Shown here in pieces: positions 58,287-64,000 of a DNA stretch of 64,000 nt. This DNA comes from OCS116 cluster bacterium AG-435-F03. GTDB taxonomy: Bacteria; Pseudomonadota; Alphaproteobacteria; MED-G09. Positions within the stretch are counted from its first letter, which is position 1. Every line of letters begins with the position of its first letter. Made by a program: the position numbers and the translations under genes. The notes under the pieces are model-generated. The model was given only the letters and a program-made list of their open reading frames with translations, was not told where the DNA came from and did not search any database. The DNA is taken from contig QCOV01000001.1 in the NCBI GenBank assembly GCA_003212795.1, positions 624,893 to 688,892 of the forward strand, given 5' to 3'.

Positions 58287-60859
58287 ATATTTTCTTTAAG
58301 TTTTTTTATTAATTGTTCAAATACATGATCCGACTTTGAGATATCTTTAGCTCCAGCTAATGCCATGTCTTTTCGACCTCCACCACCTTTTCCCCCCATA
58401 ATTTCAGAACCAATTTTAACCAATTCAACCGCATCATAATCATCTAAAAGATCATTAGTAACGCCAATAGCAATTGATGATTTACCTTCATTAGTTGAAA
58501 TTAAACAAACAATACCTGTTCCTATATCTTTTTTGCATTCATCAACTAGATGTCTAAGGTTTTTAGCATTTACTCCACTTATTTGATCAAAGAAAAATTT
58601 CGATTTATTAAATTCCTCAATCTTTCCATTAAGGATATCTTTTGAAATTATTTTTTCTTTGGCTTTAGTTTGTTTTTTTTCTTCTAGTTTTCTCTCTTTT
58701 TCATTTATTTTGTCAATTAAAGATAAAGAATTTAAAGCAATTGATCCAGTTACAGCTTCGACTCTTCTAATACCAGAGGCAACAGAACTTTGAGATATTA
58801 TTTTAAAATTCTCAATCTCACCTAAACTTTTTACATGGGTTCCACCACATAATTCTTTTGAAAATGAGTCATGGCCCATTGTCAGAACTCTAACCTCACT
58901 AGAATATTTTTCTCCAAATAATGCTAAAGCCCCGGACTCAACAGCTTTTTCATAAGTTAAAACCTCTACCATTACTTCTGAGTCATCCCTTATAAGATTA
59001 TTTATAGTTTCCTCAATCCTAGTAATTTCATCAGAATCTAAAGATTTTTGATGGCTAAAATCAAATCGAAGTTTTTCAGCCGATACCTGAGAGCCCTTCT
59101 GCGTTATATGATCACCCAAAACTCTTCTAAGGGATTCATGCAATAGATGGGTAGCAGAGTGATTACACATAATCATTCTCCTATGATCGCTTTCTATTTG
59201 TAAATTAACTGTATCTCCTACAGACACAGATCCTTTTTCAACTACCCCATAATGTGCATGAATATTATTTGTCTTTTTTTGTGTATCAGAGATTCTAAAA
59301 ATAAAATTATCATTCTTCGCAATTCCAACATCCCCCATTTGTCCTCCACTTTCTGCATAAAATGGGGATTGATTAAAGACTAAAATAGCCTCATCACCAT
59401 GCTTAATTTTATTAGATATTTTATTTTCGTATATTATCCTAGAAATTTCAGCAGCTGATTTATTGTTTTGATAACCTAAAAATTCTGTAGCTTCACATTC
59501 GTTTGCAACTTCAAACCATATTTCATCTGTTTTACTATCTCCTGATCCAAGCCATGATTTTTTGGCTTCTTCTTTTTGTTTTCTCATTTCTGAATCAAAA
59601 GAGTCTTTATCAAGTTTAAGATTTTTATCCCTGATTAAATCTTCAGTTAAATCTAGTGGAAAGCCATAAGTATCATAAAGTTTAAATGCTGTTGATCCAC
59701 TAAAAACATCTCCAGGATTTAATGATTTAGACTCATCATTAAATATTTTTATCCCTTTAGATAAAGTAGATATAAATCTTTCTTCCTCTTCAAATACCGT
59801 AACCTCAATTAATTTTTCAGCTCGTGATAATTCTGGATAAGCATCACTCATTAGTGTGACTATTTTCTTAATAAGACTATAGAGAACAGGCTCTTTTATG
59901 TTTAACAAATATGCATGCCGCATAGCTCTTCGCATAATCCTTCTTAAAACATACCCTCTCCCTTCATTTGAAGGCAATACTCCATCAGAAATTAAAAAAG
60001 CTATGGATCTTAAATGATCAGCTATTACTCTAAAACTAGCAATATTTTCATCCGTCTTATTAATTTTAATTATTTCTTCAATGTGATTTATAATTGTAAT
60101 GAATAAATCTGTATCAAAATTACTTGTTTTGCCTTGTAGAACTGTTGATATTCTTTCTAGGCCCATTCCAGTATCAATTGACGGCTTTGGAAGATATTCT
60201 CTATTTTTATTTGAAAGTTGTAAATATTGCATAAAAACAAGATTCCATATTTCAACAAATCTATCTCCATCTTCATTTTTTGAACCTGGGGGACCACCAT
60301 CAACAGAGTCTCCATGGTCAAAAAAGATTTCAGAGCATGGCCCACAAGGACCTTCATCACCCATTGACCAAAAATTATCATCAGTTGAGATCTTAATAAT
60401 TTTATTATCAGAAAATCCTGAAACTTTTTTCCATATTTCTTCAGCTTCAGTATCTTCTTTAAATACAGTTAGAAGCAATCTATTAGATGGAATTTCAAAC
60501 TCATTCACCAATAAATCCCAGGCTAGTTTTATTGCTTCTTCTTTAAAATAATCGCCAAAAGAAAAGTTTCCTAACATTTCAAAAAAAGTCAAATGTCGAG
60601 TTGTATGACCTACATTATCAAGATCATTATGCTTACCGCCCGCTCTTACACATTTTTGAGAACTTGTAGCTTTTAAAAAATCAGGTTCTTCTTTACCTTC
60701 AAAATAATTCTTAAATGGTACCATCCCTGCATTAACAAACATCAATGTTGGATCGTTGATTGGAACTAGAGGGCTAGAATGAACAATTTTATGATCATTT
60801 TTTTCAAAATAATTAAGAAATGTTTTTCTTATGTGAGCAGTACTTTTCATTGCTGCCAA
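58283..60859 (-). CDS. alaS: alanine-tRNA ligase
   Basis: 858 aa with class II core, editing domain ([12 protein letters not shown]) and C-Ala domain. Converges with icd, 4-nt overlap. Confidence 0.95.
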   Translation of the reverse strand: MAAMKSTAHIRKTFLNYFEKNDHKIVHSSPLVPINDPTLMFVNAGMVPFKNYFEGKEEPDFLKATSSQKCVRAGGKHNDLDNVGHTTRHLTFFEMLGNFSFGDYFKEEAIKLAWDLLVNEFEIPSNRLLLTVFKEDTEAEEIWKKVSGFSDNKIIKISTDDNFWSMGDEGPCGPCSEIFFDHGDSVDGGPPGSKNEDGDRFVEIWNLVFMQYLQLSNKNREYLPKPSIDTGMGLERISTVLQGKTSNFDTDLFITIINHIEEIIKINKTDENIASFRVIADHLRSIAFLISDGVLPSNEGRGYVLRRIMRRAMRHAYLLNIKEPVLYSLIKKIVTLMSDAYPELSRAEKLIEVTVFEEEERFISTLSKGIKIFNDESKSLNPGDVFSGSTAFKLYDTYGFPLDLTEDLIRDKNLKLDKDSFDSEMRKQKEEAKKSWLGSGDSKTDEIWFEVANECEATEFLGYQNNKSAAEISRIIYENKISNKIKHGDEAILVFNQSPFYAESGGQMGDVGIAKNDNFIFRISDTQKKTNNIHAHYGVVEKGSVSVGDTVNLQIESDHRRMIMCNHSATHLLHESLRRVLGDHITQKGSQVSAEKLRFDFSHQKSLDSDEITRIEETINNLIRDDSEVMVEVLTYEKAVESGALALFGEKYSSEVRVLTMGHDSFSKELCGGTHVKSLGEIENFKIISQSSVASGIRRVEAVTGSIALNSLSLIDKINEKERKLEEKKQTKAKEKIISKDILNGKIEEFNKSKFFFDQISGVNAKNLRHLVDECKKDIGTGIVCLISTNEGKSSIAIGVTNDLLDDYDAVELVKIGSEIMGGKGGGGRKDMALAGAKDISKSDHVFEQLIKKLKENI

Positions 60860-60900
60860 AATAACAGAAATTCAGGAATTGGCACAATGATTATGTAAAT

Positions 60901-62001
60901 TTACTTTGAAGCTACAGATTCTGTTTCATTTTCCTCTGCTTCAGAGACATTAGAAACATCAGAAATTTTTTCTGTATCTTTTACAAGCCCAGCACTTTCA
61001 CGTATTGCTAATTCAATTTGATTCGATATGTCTGGGTTTTCCTCAAGAAATACTTTTGCATTTTCACGACCCTGTCCCATACGCTCACCTTCATATGAAT
61101 ACCAAGTACCAGATTTTTCAACAATTCCTGCTTCAACACCTAAATCAATAATCTCACCTTTTTTGGAAATTCCTTTTCCGTACATGATATCAAATTCAAT
61201 TGTTTTAAATGGTGGTGCGACTTTATTCTTAACAATTTTAACTCTTGTTTGATTACCTATTATCTGCTCTCTTTCTTTGATTGCGCCTATCCTTCTAATA
61301 TCCACTCTAACTGATGAGTAAAATTTCAATGCATTACCGCCTGTTGTTGTTTCAGGGCTTCCGAACATTACACCAATCTTCATCCTAATTTGATTAATAA
61401 AAATTATCATACAATTAGATTTTGATATTGATCCTGTAAGCTTTCTTAAAGCTTGACTCATTAATCTTGCTTGAAGACCGGGTAAGCTATCACCCATATC
61501 ACCATCTAATTCTGCTTTTGGTGTCAAGGCCGCAACTGAATCGATAACAATAACATCAACAGCTGCCGACCTTACTAGTGTATCGGCTATCTCTAATGCC
61601 TGCTCTCCATGATCTGGCTGAGAGATTAATAGTTCTTCAATATTAACACCTAAATTTCTTGCATACACAGGATCTAACGCATGTTCTGCATCGATAAATC
61701 CGCAAACTCCACCTTGCTTTTGTGCTTCGGCCAAAGCATGGAGTGCTAAGGTTGTTTTCCCAGAGCTTTCTGGTCCATAAATTTCAATTACCCTTCCTTT
61801 AGGAAAACCTCCTATCCCTAAACCAATATCTAAACCGAGCGAACCACTTGGTATTGAGGAAATTTCAGCAATAGCGCCATCAGAGCCTAATTTCATAATT
61901 GAGCCCTTTCCAAATTGTTTTTCAATTTGACTTAATGCTGCATCTAATGATTTTGATTTATCCATATTTTTGTCTTCAACAACTTTCAATGATTTCTTCA
62001 T
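60901..62001 (-). CDS. recA: recombinase RecA
   Basis: 366 aa with Walker [10 protein letters not shown] and an acidic C-terminal tail. GGAG SD lies before the ATG at 62001; an internal Met 12 codons downstream is an alternative start. Confidence 0.95.
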   Translation of the reverse strand: MKKSLKVVEDKNMDKSKSLDAALSQIEKQFGKGSIMKLGSDGAIAEISSIPSGSLGLDIGLGIGGFPKGRVIEIYGPESSGKTTLALHALAEAQKQGGVCGFIDAEHALDPVYARNLGVNIEELLISQPDHGEQALEIADTLVRSAAVDVIVIDSVAALTPKAELDGDMGDSLPGLQARLMSQALRKLTGSISKSNCMIIFINQIRMKIGVMFGSPETTTGGNALKFYSSVRVDIRRIGAIKEREQIIGNQTRVKIVKNKVAPPFKTIEFDIMYGKGISKKGEIIDLGVEAGIVEKSGTWYSYEGERMGQGRENAKVFLEENPDISNQIELAIRESAGLVKDTEKISDVSNVSEAEENETESVASK

Positions 62002-62170
62002 TCTTCTACTCCATTCCTTAACTGGTCAACTAGTTATTTGTACTACTTTTGTTCCTTTTTTGCAATAAAAATAAGTTATTGAAAAAAATAGCTATTTTTA
62101 ATATTGTTCTTGTTATGATCTAAGTTAGATAAAATTTATTGAGGAAAATAAACGAATCGATAATTAAATA

Positions 62171-62587
62171 TTAATCATCTCTGTATATTTTTTCTTTACG
62201 CTCATGAGATTCTTGGGCATCTATAGATAAAGTGGCAATAGGTCTAGCAATTAATCTTTTTAAGCTTATTTCTTCTCCGGTTTCTTCACAGTAACCATAT
62301 GAACCGTCATCAATGCGTGACAAAGCTTCATCAATTTTTGCAATAAGCTTTCTTTGCCTGTCTCTTGACCTTAACTCAAGAGATCTATCAGTTTCAGAAG
62401 ATGCTCTATCAGCAAGATCAGCAAAATTCGAGGATTCATATTGGAGATTATTCAAAGTTTCTTTTGTTTCGCTTATAATTTCATCACGCCAATCATTAAG
62501 TTTCCTTCTAAAAAACTCCTTTTGTTTGGCATTCATAAAAGGTTCTTTATCTGAAGGTGAATAATTTTTTGGTAAACGAGTAGCCAT
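62171..62587 (-). CDS. dksA: RNA polymerase-binding transcription factor DksA (zinc-finger-degenerate variant)
   Basis: Coiled-coil with DxxDxA tip (FADLADRASSE) and a C-terminal finger region YGYCEETGEEISLKRL...TLSIDAQ. The likely start is MATRLPK at 62587; the track ORF is 17 codons longer. Confidence 0.85.
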   Translation of the reverse strand: MATRLPKNYSPSDKEPFMNAKQKEFFRRKLNDWRDEIISETKETLNNLQYESSNFADLADRASSETDRSLELRSRDRQRKLIAKIDEALSRIDDGSYGYCEETGEEISLKRLIARPIATLSIDAQESHERKEKIYRDD

Positions 62588-62728
62588 TTTTTTCTCAATC
62601 TGAACGCGGTATTTAAATGATAAATAATAAAATCGCAATAGTTTTATAAATAAAAATAAACTTTGTTGAAATTAGTGACTTTGGTAAGTAAGTTGTGTGA
62701 TATTTTAAAAATTATAAATAGGTGAATC

Positions 62729-63580
62729 ATGAAATTTGAGGGAACTAAAGATTACATTGCTACTGAGGATTTAAGAATTGCAGTAAATGCTTCAATAAGT
62801 CTTGAGAGACCTTTACTCGTAAAAGGTGAGCCCGGAACAGGTAAAACTGTTCTTGCTGAAGAAATAGCAAGAGCTCTAGATATGCCAATTTTAACATGGC
62901 ATATAAAATCGACAACAAAAGCTCAACAAGGCCTTTATGAGTATGATGCTATAACAAGACTAAGGGATTCACAGCTTGGAGATGAAAAAGTTAAAGATGT
63001 TAAGAATTACATAAAAAAAGGAAAACTATGGGAAGCCTTTGAGTCTGAGAAACGCCCTATCCTTTTAATTGATGAAATTGATAAAGCTGATATCGAGTTT
63101 CCTAATGATTTACTTCAAGAATTAGATAGAATGGAATTCTATGTTTACGAAACAGGAGAAACAATCGCAGCTGAAAAAAGACCTGTTGTTATAATCACTT
63201 CTAATAATGAAAAAGAATTGCCGGATGCTTTCCTAAGAAGATGCTTCTTTCACTACATAAGTTTTCCTGATAATGACACAATGCAAAAGATTGTTGATGT
63301 ACACTATCCAGATATCAAATCAAAATTGGTATCTGAATCTTTGAAAGTTTTTTATGAGTTAAGGGAAATTCCTGGTCTTAAGAAAAAACCATCTACATCT
63401 GAGTTATTAGATTGGCTAAAGTTGCTTATGAATGAAGATATAACCCCTGAAATGTTAAGAGAAAAGAACTCTAATAATATAATTCCACCCTTGCATGGTG
63501 CACTTCTTAAAAATGAACAGGATGTTCACTTATTCGAAAGATTGGCGTTCTTAGCTAGAAGAGAAGATAATCAAAATTAA
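62729..63580 (+). CDS. MoxR-family AAA+ ATPase (CoxD-like)
   Basis: 283 aa with Walker A GEPGTGKT and Walker B ILLIDEIDKA. Confidence 0.88.
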   Translation: MKFEGTKDYIATEDLRIAVNASISLERPLLVKGEPGTGKTVLAEEIARALDMPILTWHIKSTTKAQQGLYEYDAITRLRDSQLGDEKVKDVKNYIKKGKLWEAFESEKRPILLIDEIDKADIEFPNDLLQELDRMEFYVYETGETIAAEKRPVVIITSNNEKELPDAFLRRCFFHYISFPDNDTMQKIVDVHYPDIKSKLVSESLKVFYELREIPGLKKKPSTSELLDWLKLLMNEDITPEMLREKNSNNIIPPLHGALLKNEQDVHLFERLAFLARREDNQN

Positions 63581-63582
63581 AG

Positions 63583-64000
63583 ATGTTTATTAATTTTTTT
63601 CAAGAACTCAAACAAGCCAATATTCCAGTCACATTAAGAGAATACCTCACTCTTATTGAAGCTCTAAATGCAGATATTCCTCAAAGAAAAGTTGAAGACT
63701 TTTATTATTTATCGAGATCTACTTTAGTTAAGGATGAAAAGAACTTAGATAAATTTGATAGAGTCTTTGGTAATGTATTTAAGGGATTAGAGAACATTGA
63801 AGAAATAGAAACTGCAGAAATTCCTGAAGAATGGTTGCAACTTCTTAATGAAAAATACCTTACTGAAGAAGAAAAAAAACAAATCGAAGCCATGGGCGGA
63901 TGGGAAAAGCTTATGGAAGAATTAAAAAAACGTTTAGAAGAGCAAGAAAAAAGACATGAAGGTGGATCAAAATGGATTGGTACAGCTGGAACTTCTCCAT
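63583..64000 (+). CDS. VWA-domain CoxE-like protein, N-terminal part; gene continues off the window edge
   Basis: Starts 3 nt after the MoxR stop. ...GGSKWIGTAGTSP is typical of the N-terminal region of CoxE-like VWA partners of MoxR ATPases. Confidence 0.7.
   Translation, partial: MFINFFQELKQANIPVTLREYLTLIEALNADIPQRKVEDFYYLSRSTLVKDEKNLDKFDRVFGNVFKGLENIEEIETAEIPEEWLQLLNEKYLTEEEKKQIEAMGGWEKLMEELKKRLEEQEKRHEGGSKWIGTAGTSP

Noticed and set aside
60860-60900. 6-bp inverted repeat TGCCAA...TTGGCA between alaS and recA as a terminator or operator
   Set aside because: Too short and AT-rich to distinguish from chance; no T-tract.
63705-63893. 62-aa minus-strand ORF at the window end
   Set aside because: Antisense to the CoxE-like VWA gene that directly follows MoxR; Ser/Phe-rich shadow ORF.

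Overview
The window is from an AT-rich (roughly 30% GC by eye) streamlined alphaproteobacterium, probably Pelagibacterales-like. The EF-Tu motif NKVDQVDD argues for an alphaproteobacterium; the eukaryotic-type NADP-IDH is compatible; a TonB-dependent receptor argues against classical SAR11. Three blocks: (1) 1-9200 is the conserved ribosomal/transcription superoperon on the minus strand: partial rpoC, rpoB, rplL-rplJ-rplA-rplK, nusG, secE, tRNA-Trp, tuf, tRNA-Gly, tRNA-Tyr. (2) About 9400-37860 is a 28-kb, regulator-free accessory island, all genes tightly packed, bounded by tRNA-Tyr/Gly on the left and thrS on the right. It holds three cytochrome P450s (one CYP153-like), a Baeyer-Villiger monooxygenase, a Rieske oxygenase, a nitronate-monooxygenase-family protein, six SDRs, an Fe-alcohol dehydrogenase, an HSL-type esterase, an acyl-CoA synthetase, a CoA-transferase, a TonB-dependent receptor flanked by two paralogous ~150-aa proteins, an orphan molybdopterin-hydroxylase large subunit, a flavin-reductase-like protein, glycerol kinase, a class II aldolase and an embedded tRNA-Thr. 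I read it as a candidate uptake-plus-oxidation system for a hydrophobic substrate (alkane, ketone, alkylglycerol or isoprenoid-like). (3) 37860-64000 is housekeeping: yidD-thrS, cysS, folE, hisI, cysE operon, purB, map, purC-purS-purQ-purL-bolA-grxD, rpsD, trmJ, icd, alaS, recA, dksA, and a MoxR/CoxD-like AAA+ gene followed by a partial VWA/CoxE-like gene. Noncoding highlights: a GC-rich structured candidate sRNA (40151-40373) with its own sigma70-like promoter and intrinsic terminator, two perfect phased DnaA boxes just upstream of it, and perfect palindromes in the island's divergent promoters. No CRISPR array, integrase, transposase or transcriptional regulator was seen.
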